A stretch of DNA of 64,000 bases from positions 35,774,001-35,838,000 of the forward strand of contig OZ024743.1 in assembly GCA_964016885.1 (NCBI GenBank), written 5' to 3'. The notes below the pieces were generated by a model that saw only the letters and a list, made by a program, of their open reading frames with translations, ran no database searches and was not told the origin of the DNA. Origin of the DNA: Eledone cirrhosa (Eukaryota). Position numbers and translations under genes: made by a program. Positions 11,402 to 24,340 of the stretch are shown piece after piece; position 1 is the stretch's first letter, and every line of letters starts with the position of its first letter.

Positions 11402-13848
11402 TAAACGGAATAGAAAATGCTGACAAATTGTTCACAGTTGAAAAATGGTTTAATTAGGAATAAAAGAGTATTAGTGATTGTATGGGTTAGTATTCAGTTG
11501 TGGTTTTAAGTTTTTAAATTTTTACCGGTTGCGCATTTCTAAATGCTTTTCAAAAATAATTTTGAGATATAAAACACAAGCCAAACCTCAACAAGAAAGA
11601 ATGGGAAGAATTAAATAGATTAAAAACCGACAGAACCATTACAATTAAAGAGGCTGATAAAGGGAGTACAGTAGTCCTAATGGAGACAGAATTCTATATT
11701 AACTTAGCGCTCTCCACTTTGGAAAACGAAACATACTACGAAAAGGCTGAACACTACAATCAACAGAAAATTATGAGAAACCTAAAAACTCTAATCAACC
11801 AATACAAAGAAGGACTCACTAACAAGGAATTCAGCTTCATCACAGACTTCACAAGTAAATCCAGCCTTTTCTACGGTATCCCTAAAGTACATAAAAGCGA
11901 ATCAATCAGTAAGGCATGCAAGGAAGCCACAGACATAGTCATCAATGTCCCCTCACCCAATGATCTCAAATTAAGACCTATAATAGCAGGCCCCGCTTGC
12001 GAAACGCACCGTCTTAGCAACTTCATTGATACCCTTCTCAAACCCTTCCTCAAGCACATCAAAAGCTATATAAGGGACGACCTAGATATGCTCAATCACC
12101 TCCCTAATATGCCACTTTCTGAACAAACCCTACTAGTGACGTTCGATGTAGTCAACCTATACTCCAACATCCCCCACAACCTAGGAATAGAAGCTATCCA
12201 ATTCTGGCTGGATAATTTCCACAATGAACTCCCACAACGCATCAAAAAAGAATTCGTGATAGAGGGACTCAAATTTATCTTGGAGAACAATTACTTCGTT
12301 TTCAATAACAAACCCTACAGGCAGAAATCTGGGACCGCTATGGGAACGAAAACAGCCCCTACTTATGCCAACCTAGTCATGGGATACCTGGAAATCACCC
12401 TCTACACTAAAGTCCTAAACAAATTTGGAAACACCCTCCACTTACACATTGAAAGGAACTGGAAGCGATATCTAGATGACTGCTTCATCCTTTGGCACGA
12501 AAACATCGAAAAACTTAAAGAATTTCACACCCTTATAAATGGGCTCAACACAAATATTAACTTCACGATGGAATACAGCCATCAACAACTCCCCTTCCTC
12601 GACATCCTCATTAAGATCCATAACAAAAAAATAGAAACAGACATATACTACAAGCCCACAGACTCCAAGCAATATCTCCCCTTCAACTCTTGCCACCCTA
12701 GACACGTTAAAATTAATATTCCCTACAACTTAGCCAAGAGAATCTGTACTATAGTCTCCAATAAAAACATCTGCTACTTACGGCTACAAGAACTAAAGGA
12801 CACACTCATAGGCAGGGACTACCCTGCATCACTAATTGACAATGGAATCCAACGTGCCCTAAAACTCAGTACCCAGGACCTTAGACACCCTAAAGTAAAT
12901 CAACCAAAACTAAAAGCTCTTCCATACATCTCCACACACAACCCCCTCAACAATGAGGCCTTTGACACCATCCTCCAGAACATCCCTGTATTGAAAAAGG
13001 ACCATAGAATGAACCAAATTCTACGAACACACGATATCATAAAGAGCAAAAGACAATCCAAGTCAATGAAAAACATCTTAACACATGCCAAAGTACTGCC
13101 AACCACAACAACGAAACCCACAGTAAAAAAATGCGATAGACCCAACTGTGGCATTTGCATCAACCTAATAGAAGGTTCGGAATTCTATTTCAAAGATGGA
13201 CAACGTTTTATAGTAAAACACAATTTCACATGTGCATCGGAAAATCTAATATATGTATTAACTTGTTCAGATTGTCGAGAACAATACATAGGCCAGACCA
13301 AAATCAGCCTCCGCCAACGCATGACTGTTCATAGATCCCAAATTAAAATACGGGAATACAGGAAAATACCACTGAGTGAACACATTGATACCTGTGCCGC
13401 CCAAAATCATCCCAACTTCAGAATCTTTCCCCTCTACAAATTTAAAGATAATGCCACCCACACCCAGCACATCAGCAAGGAATCTTACTTCATTAACAAA
13501 TACGGACCCCGTCTAAACACTTCTCCCTAAGACGAACCCACAACATACACACGTCAACATACATACCTACATCAGCACACATCTCTACCCACATATAAAC
13601 ACAATGACACACGTAAACACACATGCTCTATGGTGCAATACAAAGAAATATATGTGCATATATATGTATGTATATATGTATATATATATATATATGTAGT
13701 GGATATATGTATGTGTGTATATATATATAGTGAATATCATTTCACACCTTTTATTGTTAAGATTTTTGATGTTCTATTAAGAGAACCGATTTTACTGAAA
13801 AAATCGAATAATGTACACCATTTTACCAGGGGGAAAAAAATACTGGTC

Positions 13849-13890
<42 letters not shown>

Positions 13891-14012
13891 AACACATACA
13901 CACGCGTACATCAACATACAAAGAGACTTATACACACACACACACACACACACGCACTTCTCCGTATAAGACAAAAGCTGAAAAATATCTTTTGACCTTC
14001 GAATGACTCTGC

Positions 14013-14079
<67 letters not shown>

Positions 14080-14154
14080 ATCTTAATAGCCATTTGACAC
14101 ACATCGCTGCTGGCCATTGTCGCAGCATCGAACACCTTACTACTACTACTACTA

Positions 14155-14201
<47 letters not shown>

Positions 14202-14598
14202 CACACACATATTTGTTGTGAAAGAGTCATTTCTCAATCTTGGCGCAAAACCAATTTTTTATCCACATGACCTCTACCGACCAATCAAAATTGTTTTGAC
14301 CAAGAATTTTTGCTGGAGCCACTTTTTTAACATAAAAACAGTCTTGGCGCAAAATCAACTTTTTACATTCAGGTAGAATTCCCAAAACTAATCAGATCAG
14401 AGCAAACAGCACGGACACTCTATCTCAAAATTATTTTTGAAAAGCATTTAGAAATGCGCAACCGGTAAAAACTTAAAAACTTAAAACCACAACTGAATAC
14501 TAACCCATACAATCACTAATACTCTTTTATTCCTAATTAAACCATTTTTCAACTGTGAACAATTTGTCAGCATTTTCTATTCCGTTTACCAATATATA
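11392..14598 (+). mobile_element. Penelope-like retroelement, 5'-truncated, with an inverted copy of its 3' terminus at the 5' end
   Basis: RT+GIY-YIG ORF; 11392-11569 is the reverse complement of 14421-14598 (178 bp); (TA)n on both flanks. Confidence 0.93.
11680..13530 (+). CDS. Penelope-like reverse transcriptase / GIY-YIG endonuclease (Naiad/Neptune-type)
   Basis: FYGIPKVHK, LRPII, FDVVNLY, GTAMG, RYLDD and FLD RT motifs; CxxxxCxxC linker (CDRPNCGIC); LIY..C..C..YIGQT..R..H..H..E..LN nuclease. The frame is open upstream to about 11566 and contains IKEADKG, so the listed ATG is internal. Confidence 0.95.
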   Translation: METEFYINLALSTLENETYYEKAEHYNQQKIMRNLKTLINQYKEGLTNKEFSFITDFTSKSSLFYGIPKVHKSESISKACKEATDIVINVPSPNDLKLRPIIAGPACETHRLSNFIDTLLKPFLKHIKSYIRDDLDMLNHLPNMPLSEQTLLVTFDVVNLYSNIPHNLGIEAIQFWLDNFHNELPQRIKKEFVIEGLKFILENNYFVFNNKPYRQKSGTAMGTKTAPTYANLVMGYLEITLYTKVLNKFGNTLHLHIERNWKRYLDDCFILWHENIEKLKEFHTLINGLNTNINFTMEYSHQQLPFLDILIKIHNKKIETDIYYKPTDSKQYLPFNSCHPRHVKINIPYNLAKRICTIVSNKNICYLRLQELKDTLIGRDYPASLIDNGIQRALKLSTQDLRHPKVNQPKLKALPYISTHNPLNNEAFDTILQNIPVLKKDHRMNQILRTHDIIKSKRQSKSMKNILTHAKVLPTTTTKPTVKKCDRPNCGICINLIEGSEFYFKDGQRFIVKHNFTCASENLIYVLTCSDCREQYIGQTKISLRQRMTVHRSQIKIREYRKIPLSEHIDTCAAQNHPNFRIFPLYKFKDNATHTQHISKESYFINKYGPRLNTSP

Positions 14599-14627
14599 AT
14601 AACTTGTGTGTTACACCTCTATTCTTT

Positions 14628-14714
<87 letters not shown>

Positions 14715-15006
14715 CAATAATAAATGTGAAGACTAAAATCCCATTAAGGGTGGAAAGCAGCGATTGTTTGCTTAAACTTCAATCTGTTCTTAAAATATAT
14801 ATATAAATATAAATATATATATAATGTATGTTATTATTTTATACATGTAATAATTTGAATTCAATACCACATTTTATGAGTTACTTGATCACATTTTCTT
14901 TTCGTTTCAAAACTATGTACAAATGTATGTATGTATGTATGTATGTATGTATGTATGTATGTATGTATGTATGTATGTATGTATGTACACCCAATATTTC
15001 ATTTGA

Positions 15007-15065
<59 letters not shown>

Positions 15066-15092
15066 CACATATATATATGGCGGGTATGAATT

Positions 15093-15140
<48 letters not shown>

Positions 15141-15249
15141 CATACAAATATATCGTTACCGGATGAACACGCAAGCATATATATAACTCATAAAATGTGG
15201 TATTAAATTCAAATTTTTTAAATTTTGTGCGTGTGAATTTATGTGTATA

Positions 15250-15333
<84 letters not shown>

Positions 15334-15699
15334 TGTGTGGGTGTGTGTGTTTTATGCGTGGGAAGGAACTGTGGGAATAATTGAAAGCTCTCGGACAGCC
15401 GTGTATAAGTCAGAATTTTGTCACATTTTCTTTTTTTTTCATGCAATATACCTACAACCCTTCATTGTTGTGTATGTTGTTTAATTCCAGGTCAGTCCTG
15501 GTTGAGCAAGCCCACGATCAAAGGTCTTCCATCCTTTGCCAATCCCCATGACTTGCATTGTCCAATGTATTCTGCTATTCTTAAGCTGGTGGGCGTATGA
15601 TCTAAAGATGAATTGACTGCTGATTCAAGACAGCCAAACGACGGCGTGTTGAGACTTCCTCATTAGCTTGTCCATAACTCCACACAAATAGCGAATCAT

Positions 15700-15905
15700 G
15701 ATTCGGTGTTTAAGGAATTCGCTACGCAGCCACGTGGTTTCGGGTTCAGTTCCTTTGTATGACACATAGGGTAAATATTATATATAATATTATATATAAT
15801 ATTATATATAATATTATATATAATATTATATATAATATTATAGCCACTCGTTGTTCAATATCTTGTGACTGGAATTTGGTAGACGAAAACTATGTGGAAG
15901 ACCAA
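15700..15905 (+). mobile_element. second tRNA-derived SINE family, interrupted by a 12-bp (ATTATATATAAT)n expansion
   Basis: tRNA-like head GGTGTTTAAGG..GGGTTCAGTTCC; tail GGAATTTGGTAGACGAAAACT; 12-mer array at about 15777-15843. Confidence 0.6.
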
Positions 15906-15923
15906 TCTTCTATATATATGTAT

Positions 15924-15957
<34 letters not shown>

Positions 15958-15992
15958 GTAAGAATATTTTCGAAACAGCGAATGGGTTTGAA

Positions 15993-16140
15993 ATTATTAG
16001 AAATGTAAGCTATCGCCGTATTTTGACGTCAATACTCATCTTTTTCCATTTCTCCGAGGGTTCTTAACCCCACTATCAGGCTAAATAATTTCTATAATTT
16101 CTTTAGTTAAAATACGGCGATAGCTTATATTTCTAATAAT
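15993..16140. repeat. fold-back pLTR-like fragment (32-bp inverted ends)
   Basis: ATTATTAGAAATGTAAGCTATCGCCGTATTTT is inverted at 16109-16140; family copy at 40569-40697 carries a GAAACGTC half-hammerhead on the minus strand. Confidence 0.7.
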
Positions 16141-16176
16141 ATATATATATATATGGAAGGTATGTGGGAGTTAGTC

Positions 16177-16217
<41 letters not shown>

Positions 16218-16229
16218 GACACACACACA

Positions 16230-16260
<31 letters not shown>

Positions 16261-16264
16261 GCAG

Positions 16265-16310
<46 letters not shown>

Positions 16311-16311
<1 letters not shown>

Positions 16312-16499
16312 GTTGAAAATTGCAAACTCGACTGTCACCACATATCATGAACCTGAAGATTGCGAAAGCATGAAAGTACTTGTTCAATTAACACTTAGAA
16401 TTTAATATTCTATCATACTATTTCATTATAATACCATATTATATATATTTTAAAGGATTGTAAATAAAACGAGTAAATCAGACAAAGTTGGAATTCCTC

Positions 16500-16503
<4 letters not shown>
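16311..16503 (+). mobile_element. third copy of the 7500-8358 pLTR family, with hammerhead at 16348-16386
   Basis: Same hammerhead sequence as 8289-8327; lacks the SINE insertion. Confidence 0.85.
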
Positions 16504-16541
<38 letters not shown>

Positions 16542-16745
16542 TGAGTGATCGATGAATTAATTACCAGACGATGTTCGACTAAATCAAAGCTGTGCCACAG
16601 CATGACCGTAATCTAATAACTGAAATCAGAAAATTGGTAAAATAGTGAAGAGTAATCTTGTTAATAGAGTGTCATTTACATGTATACACGTATCTTAACT
16701 TTAGGTAAATAAATGCTTAAAAGATAATATATACACACACACATA

Positions 16746-16846
16746 CAGGGTGTTTCCCAAAAATGTATATACACTTCAAAAACATTCTAATAAATATTGC
16801 CTGTACAGGGAATCCAAAATCCATACATTTTTTGGGGGACATCCTG
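16746..16846. mobile_element. Tc1/mariner-type MITE
   Basis: TIRs CAGGGTGTTTCCCAAAAATGTAT / ATACATTTTTTGGGGGACATCCTG flanked by TA. Confidence 0.7.
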
Positions 16847-16962
16847 TATATATACATATATATATATACACACTCTCTTCCTGCTATATCAAGCGTTGAC
16901 CTAATATATCCCTCCATATACTGCATCGATTGTGTTGTTATTTCTGTTTACCTTTTACATAC

Positions 16963-16997
<35 letters not shown>

Positions 16998-17287
16998 ACG
17001 AAGAAGTTGTGGTAAGGAACCAGATGGACCATAACGCACCAGAGTACTCAATACTTAGGGTAGTAGAGTGGGTAATAGGAAAAAGTATGACTCTGGGGGT
17101 CATACTTTTTCCTATATATATATATATATATATATATAAATATGTATAAGAATCGGTTTGAGCTTATCTACCGGACAAAGAATCCCTATAATAATAATAT
17201 TTACATTCTACTTTCTCTACTTTCGTTAAGTTGTATAATAGTTTTACTAGTTTTACCTAGTAACATGTCCTCCACACACACAAATAA

Positions 17288-17500
17288 TGATTTCTACTAT
17301 AGGCACAAAGCCAGTAATTGCTTGTGGGAGAGGAAATTCGATTAAATCGACCCCAGTTCGTTACTGGTAGATTATTTATCGACTCCGTAAGGATGAAAGG
17401 CAAAACTAACCTCAACGGGATTTGAACTCAGATCGTAAAGGGGCGTAACCCTGTGGCATAAAGTATTTTGTCCGACGCTCTACCGACACTGTCAATCTAT
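17288..17500 (-). mobile_element. Meta-domain SINE
   Basis: Similarity to family consensus. Confidence 0.85.
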
Positions 17501-17502
17501 CC

Positions 17503-17580
<78 letters not shown>

Positions 17581-17879
17581 AATAATAATAAAAAAACTAT
17601 GAAGCTTCGTTTCCATGTATTTATGTTTTTATTTTGTATCGACCTGTTATGCGAGTTTCACAGAGGATTAGCTCAAAGTCACTCATGGATGTTATGGACC
17701 CAACTCCAATATCGATCTGCTCGTCTGACTGGAAAAAATATAAGAAAAACAAATTGAAAATGCCGCGCTAGAGTCTTTTAAGAATGTTATTTACAGTTTC
17801 ACAGTTCTGATAATTATTAAAAGTAAAATTGAGATGGAGGGTTTGTGTTTCTGTTGTGGTGTCTCAATATTGTCTCTGA

Positions 17880-18098
17880 GGGCAGTGGATTGGCAGGATC
17901 TGTGGAGCATCGGACAACATGCTTTACGGCTCAGAGTTACGGCCCTTTACGATCTGAGTTCAAATCCTGCCGAGGTTAGCTTTGTCTTTCATCCTTACGG
18001 GATCAATAAAATAAAGTACCAGTAATGCACTAGGGTAGATTTAGTCGACTTTTCCCTCCCTAAAATTGTTGGCCTTGTGCCTAAATCAGAAACCAATA
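17880..18098 (+). mobile_element. Meta-domain SINE
   Basis: A/B boxes, core and tail GGCCTTGTGCCTAAA. Confidence 0.88.
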
Positions 18099-18247
18099 TT
18101 TATTAGTCTCTCAGTTCAGTTAATGCAACAAACAAACAAAAAACTAAAAATCATACTCACACACGTACACGCACACACACACACACATGCACACACAAAC
18201 ATGCATAGACCCACCCCACATATTCTATTAGTATTATTTAAGCCTTA

Positions 18248-18435
18248 GGCGGTGGATTGGCAGTGTCGGTAGAAGGTCGGACGTTATGCTTTCCAGCAAA
18301 GAGTTACGTCCCTTTACATTTTGAGTTCAAATCCCGCCGAGGTTAACTTTGCCTTTCATCCTTACGGGGTCGATAAAATAAAGTACCAGTAATGCACTGG
18401 GGGTAATTGCTGGTCTTGTGCCAAAAGTAGAAACA
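18248..18435 (+). mobile_element. Meta-domain SINE with ~15-bp TSD
   Basis: ATTATTTAA(G/A)CCTTA at 18233-18247 and 18436-18450. Confidence 0.88.
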
Positions 18436-18436
18436 A

Positions 18437-18869
18437 TTATTTAAACCTTAAAAGAAATTCTTCTTTCCTCCTACACGAAGCTGGCCATAACACTGTGACA
18501 ACCTTCCTGTAGGAGAGAAACAATGATTTCTATGTAAGGATATGTCATAACTAATATATTTAATTGAAGGCAGCCAAAATATATGATAGAGCTTATACAT
18601 TTATAGATGTGGTACCACACATCTCGGTTATGGTCGGAAACCAGAAAACGTTCCTCTATGTTGTCTTTAAAAGTGTTTTCAGCTATCTTCAGTTCCTGTA
18701 AAATAATATTTATAAATTTTTTCTCATCTTCGTCAGGAAGATTTTGATTTTGTGATTCCTCGACCAACACATTTTGGATAGATTCCATGAGGTGATTGAA
18801 TTCCTCTTTTCCGTATTCAGACATTATCTGACGGTCGTAAGTAATTTGGACGATCTTTTTAACATTTGG
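18437..18869 (-). CDS. candidate two exons (18869-18616 and 18506-18437) of an unidentified protein
   Basis: Non-repetitive E/K/N-rich frame; strong acceptor TTGTTTCTCTCCTACAG; splicing TG|GTACC to it gives an in-frame RDVWKVVTVLWPASCRRKEEFLLRFK*; the donor is weak. Confidence 0.3.
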
Positions 18870-19177
18870 CTGAGCATTTTGGTTGTAATTGGAGGAATAA
18901 AACAGTGTTAAGAGAATATATATTCTCCACTAATTTGTATTGACTACTCATTTACAACTACTCTCTCTTCTCTTGTAATAAGAAATATCAAGAAATAAAT
19001 ACATGCTGACACATAAGTGGGAATAAGCTGGAGAAGGGATTACTGAGTAGTAAAAAATAGTGTAAAATATCAAATTTTATTTGAAAGTGAAGAGCTTCAC
19101 AAATTGTTACTCCTAGTTTCACGTCACCGTTATATATATAAATGCATATGCATAAGTATATGTGTATGTACCAGTGT

Positions 19178-19252
<75 letters not shown>

Positions 19253-19284
19253 GTTATATATATACGCTACACAAACACACATAC

Positions 19285-19890
19285 ATCACGTATTCTTGCA
19301 TACATGCATACAAACATACAAACATACATACAAACATAAAACATACATACATACATACATACAAACATACATACAAAGATACAAACATACATACATACGT
19401 ACATACGTACATACATACATACATACATACATACGTACAAACATACAAACATACATACGTACATACATACATACATACATACATACATACATACATACAT
19501 ACATACATACATACATTTTACAACCTTGCCACCAGGAAGGTGGCCGGTCAAAAAAAAATATACTCGAAATTAAGAGAAAGAGATAACATACATACATACA
19601 TACATACAAACATACATACAAAGATACAAACATACATACATACGTACATACGTAGATACATACATACATACATACATACGTACAAACATACAAACATACA
19701 TACGTACATACATACATACATACATACATACATACATACATACATACATACATACATACATACATTTTACAACCTTGCCACCAGGAAGGTGGCCGGTCAA
19801 AAAAAAATATACTCGAAATTAAGAGAAAGAGATAACATACATACATACATACATACATGCATACATACATACATACATACATACATATCT
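19285..19890 (+). repeat. (CATA)n tract with a ~249-bp tandem duplication containing two 70-bp R4/Dong-type 3' ends
   Basis: TTTACAACCTTGCCACCAGGAAGGTGGCCGGTC..GAGATAA at 19516-19586 and 19765-19835. Confidence 0.85.
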
Positions 19891-20374
19891 TTATAAGCTT
19901 ATACACACATTCAAACTCTGAAAAAAATTCATCTATCACTTACAACTAACCTTGACTAATCAAATCGAATGCAACATAGCGAAAATAAACATTCCTCGCT
20001 CAGCTGACCTGCCATATGTGATGAAACCGTCCACCATTTGTCAGCGTATCACGTGACCTGCTTAGCCTACTGAAAAACAGACGATAACCCCCGTCTACTT
20101 CATCTTGTAAATATTTTGGCCAATAAAACTTCGTATTTATGACCCGTGAACTAGATAGAGAGTTCGGTGACTCGGTGTGTCTGTCTCACTGTCTGTCTGT
20201 CTGTCTTGTGTATTTTTGTTTGTTTTGTTCTATGGAATTTCCAATTCCCGATCTAAAATCATTGATAAAATAAAGAATGAGTGATTGAGTGAATAACAGG
20301 AGGAATAAATAAATACATTGGTAGTATGAAACTAAAACTCATAACCAGGCAACCATGTTTGATTTGTGGAAATA

Positions 20375-21032
20375 GACACACATACACACAAGAAGAAAAC
20401 ATCTACACACAAACATACACACACACACACAAGAAACACATTCACATAAACATGCACACACAAGAAATACATTTACACAAACATGCACACACACACACAC
20501 GCACACACACACACACGCACAACACACACACACAAGAAACACATTCACACATACACACACACAAGAAACGCATTCACACAAACATACACGCAAACATGCA
20601 CACACACAAGAAACACATTCACACAAACATACACACACACACAAGAAACACATTCACACAAACACACACACACACACAAGAAACACATTCACACAAACAT
20701 ACACACACACACAAGAAACACATTCACACAAACACATACACACACACACACACACACACAAGAAACACATTCACACAAACACACACATACAAGAAACACA
20801 TTCACACAAACATACACACACACAAAAGAAACACATTCACACAAACATACACACACACACAAGAAACACATTCACACAAACATACACACACATACAAGAA
20901 ACACATTCAAACAAACATACACACACACAGACAAGAAACACATTCACACAAACATACACACAGGAAACACATTCACACAAACATACACACACACACACAC
21001 ACAAGAAACACATTCACACAAACATACACGCA
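20375..21032. repeat. CA-rich minisatellite, ~30-36-bp unit ACAAGAAACACATTCACACAAACAT(AC)n
   Basis: Directly visible tandem units. Confidence 0.92.
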
Positions 21033-21448
21033 CATATCCTCCCTTACGTTTTTACTTTTGTTATTGTTGTTTAGCCCCATACGTGACCACATTTCCAGGC
21101 ATAGTGTATCTACTACCAAATTATTTAATCTCAAAATGTCCCTTTAAAAAAAGTTGGCAGGAGATTCGGATGCAAGCCAAGCGAGTGCATATAACCTATT
21201 GTAGAATTGCTACAGCGAAACCCTATGAAGTATAACTGAAAAAAATCCCTCCCACCACTAAAAGAAAAAAGCAAAACAAACGAAAAAAGGTGCTTGCTGC
21301 AGGAAAACATAATAGTATAGCGGGGACTAAGCATATTCAACGAGGTAAGCCATCATAACATTTCTTACTGATTTAAAATTTATGTGAAATAAAGATAGAA
21401 AACAGTTGGTGTCTGATGATGGGAAGAGTTGTAAGAGTAATAGGTAAA

Positions 21449-21545
21449 CAGTGACGTAACTAGAGTGTGTACCGTCCGGGGCAGCCCTTTAGTTTGCCCC
21501 CCCCCCCAAAAAAAAATACATATTGCTCAATGACTCACTCTTAAA

Positions 21546-21586
<41 letters not shown>

Positions 21587-21672
21587 TTTAGAAATGGGAA
21601 ACACAAACATAAGACAATTCCCTTCATCAGTTGTCTGCTGTTGGTCTCGACGCATTAAAGACAATATATATG

Positions 21673-21742
<70 letters not shown>

Positions 21743-21882
21743 CTAGTCTGTTTACTATTATAATGTTATACTGCAGAATATTAAAAGAACGCTTATAGCC
21801 TACGGCAGTCCCAAAAGTGCCGCCCCCATAAAAGTGTCGTCCGGGGAGGACCTCTCCCTGCCCCCCTCTAGCTATGTTACTG
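21449..21882. mobile_element. hAT-type MITE containing nested (TA)n and a pLTR-like fragment
   Basis: TIR CAGTGACGTAACTAG / CTAGCTATGTTACTG; 8-bp TSD TAGGTAAA/TAGGTAAG. Confidence 0.78.
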
Positions 21883-22406
21883 TAGGTAAGTAGATGTTTA
21901 TATGTCCTAGCAGCAGCAAATAATTCCTGGCAGTAACTGCACAACCAAGTCAATTAAAGATTTTCACCCTCCTTCACTTTTAAGAGAATAGTGAAAGAGA
22001 CTCGCTAAATGAACTATTCCAACTCGCTGGGTTTACTCCTGAGAGTAACCAACTCCGTCCCAATAACAACGATGGCTGACTATATCAAATATGTTGGAGC
22101 CCACCTTACACCCGTATAGATACTTCAGTTAAAATTCTGCGTTCAAACCGCCCCTAGTCAATTTCTTTCGTGTTTTTATTTTTTACCCTTCAGCGTATCA
22201 CCGCGACTTATTTTTTCCAGTTGAGTGGACTAGAATAACATGAAATAAAGTCTTGCTCTAGGGCACAGTGCGTCGCTCTATCTAGGAATTAAACTCACGA
22301 TTTTACGATTGTGAGCCCAAAATCTTAACTAATAATCTACATGTCTTCACATCATGAACCTGAAAATATGCATTTGTTTTAATTTCGACATAGGATACCA
22401 ATGTTA

Positions 22407-22560
22407 AGGCGTGTGGCTGAGTGGTTAGAGAATTGGATTCACAATCTTGAGGTTGTGAGATCGATTCCTGGACCGGGCGATGAGTTGTCCTTCAGCAAGA
22501 CATTTTATTTCACGTTGCTCCTTCTACCTGAAGTTGCGGCCGATAGATAGTATTAGCAAC
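22407..22560 (+). mobile_element. tRNA-derived SINE with V-domain-like core (third family)
   Basis: TGGCTGAGTGG A box, GATCGATTCC B box, TTGTCCTTCAGCAAGACA; copies at 36455-36635 (+) and about 22220-22335 (-). Confidence 0.72.
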
Positions 22561-23052
22561 TGGAAAAACCGACGAAAACATTGTTTCCTCGGTCCGATTT
22601 GACGAAAGTCGATCGATCGATTTTATAGGATATCAGACGAAATCAAGTACAATTCTGATATTCTATAATTTAGTTCATGTAGGAGGTGCATCAGTCATGA
22701 CACCTACATGCCTTTCCACACAGGTGAGATCAATGACATAAATATTCTACAGACTGATGTTCATAAGAAGGTGATATGTAGCTTCCTGGTTTAGGACAGC
22801 AGACTTGGTAGTATGTACCATGCTTTCCCTAAGGGTTTTAGGTGCTATACTGTCACGAGCAGACACCTTCTTGACCCACCCTCCCTTGATCCAGCGAGAA
22901 GTCCAGGATGTGAGAGCTGGAAGGTGGAAGTCTAGTACTTTCTTTATCGATGTCTGTGGTTGCAGTATGTTAGTGAGTCAGTCTTCACAAATCACATGGT
23001 GCCATTTTCTCAGTCCTTATTTTTTCTTTAGCTATGGAGACAGCGGTTTAGG

Positions 23053-23084
<32 letters not shown>

Positions 23085-23242
23085 CTGCCTTATTACTATT
23101 GTGAAAGGACGGAGCTGGCCACCCATAAGAATGAGTACCGCGAGTTGAACTGGCTCTTTCTTGGCTATCATACATACATACATACATACATACATACATA
23201 CATACCTACATACATACATACATACATACATACATACATACA

Positions 23243-23372
23243 TAGCTGGCACCTTCAAAATATGCAAAACATTCTTGCGATTCAAGGGATGACAATTTCT
23301 TTTCTTTTACAACCTTGCCACCATGAAGGTGGCCGGTCAAAAAAATATACTCGAAATTAAGAGAAAGAGAAA
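23243..23372 (+). mobile_element. R4/Dong-type LINE 3' end within (CATA)n
   Basis: Encodes AGTFKICKTFLRFKG* followed by the shared 3' UTR; (CATA)n on both sides. Confidence 0.78.
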
Positions 23373-23537
23373 ACATACATACATATACATGCATATATTT
23401 AGTAAATAATAATAAATGTGGAGACTAAAATCTGAAGAGGGCTCGATAAGGATAATATACGTATATATAAATATATATAAAAACCGATTAAAGTTTAAGC
23501 AAAGAATCGCTGCTTTCACGCTTAACGGGATCTTCTG

Positions 23538-23665
<128 letters not shown>

Positions 23666-24009
23666 AACTAAGAACGTCGATTGCCCTAACCCGTAATTAA
23701 ACACACCTAGAAAATCAAAGCCAACTTCGAAGCTATAAGCCAGACATAAACCATATGCCCGTATTTGACCCCAGACACCTTCCTTACCACACAAGGACGA
23801 GCTAGAAGGAGCCTGTTCTTTCAACATAATCCTTATTTTCCGTTAAATCAGCCACCGACACGCACCAGTCTCTGGTGCGGGACAGACAGACATAGTTTCT
23901 GTATAATAAAAATAATCATTATATATATATATTTAATTTAATTAAATAGCTCTGCTCTATACATAGAGCACTTTTTTTTCCTTTGCTTTTCCTTTGGAAT
24001 TACCTAACA

Positions 24010-24071
<62 letters not shown>

Positions 24072-24340
24072 CATACATACACCACCAACACCACAACACC
24101 ACCAATACCACAACACCATCAACACCACAACACCACCTTCACACACATATATACATACATATATAGACTTGTGTTTCTATTCCACAATATTACTGTAAAC
24201 TATTTACTACAGTAAACGGTACTTTAATACACTGGATTAGAGGAAAAGTCGCTGTAGTATCGATAGACAGAGAACAAATGTGAGAGTACAGAACGCCTCC
24301 ATCGGCGGCTGTTTGTGTTCATCTTTTACAAATAAATAAT

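Noticed and set aside
11680-13530. Selenoprotein-type (UGA-recoding) Naiad ORF
   Set aside because: No in-frame TGA within the element-derived frame; the upstream TGA at 11563 lies in the inverted repeat
11392-14598. DNA transposon with 178-bp TIRs
   Set aside because: The enclosed ORF is RT + GIY-YIG and is truncated at the left repeat, which fits an inverted Penelope pLTR
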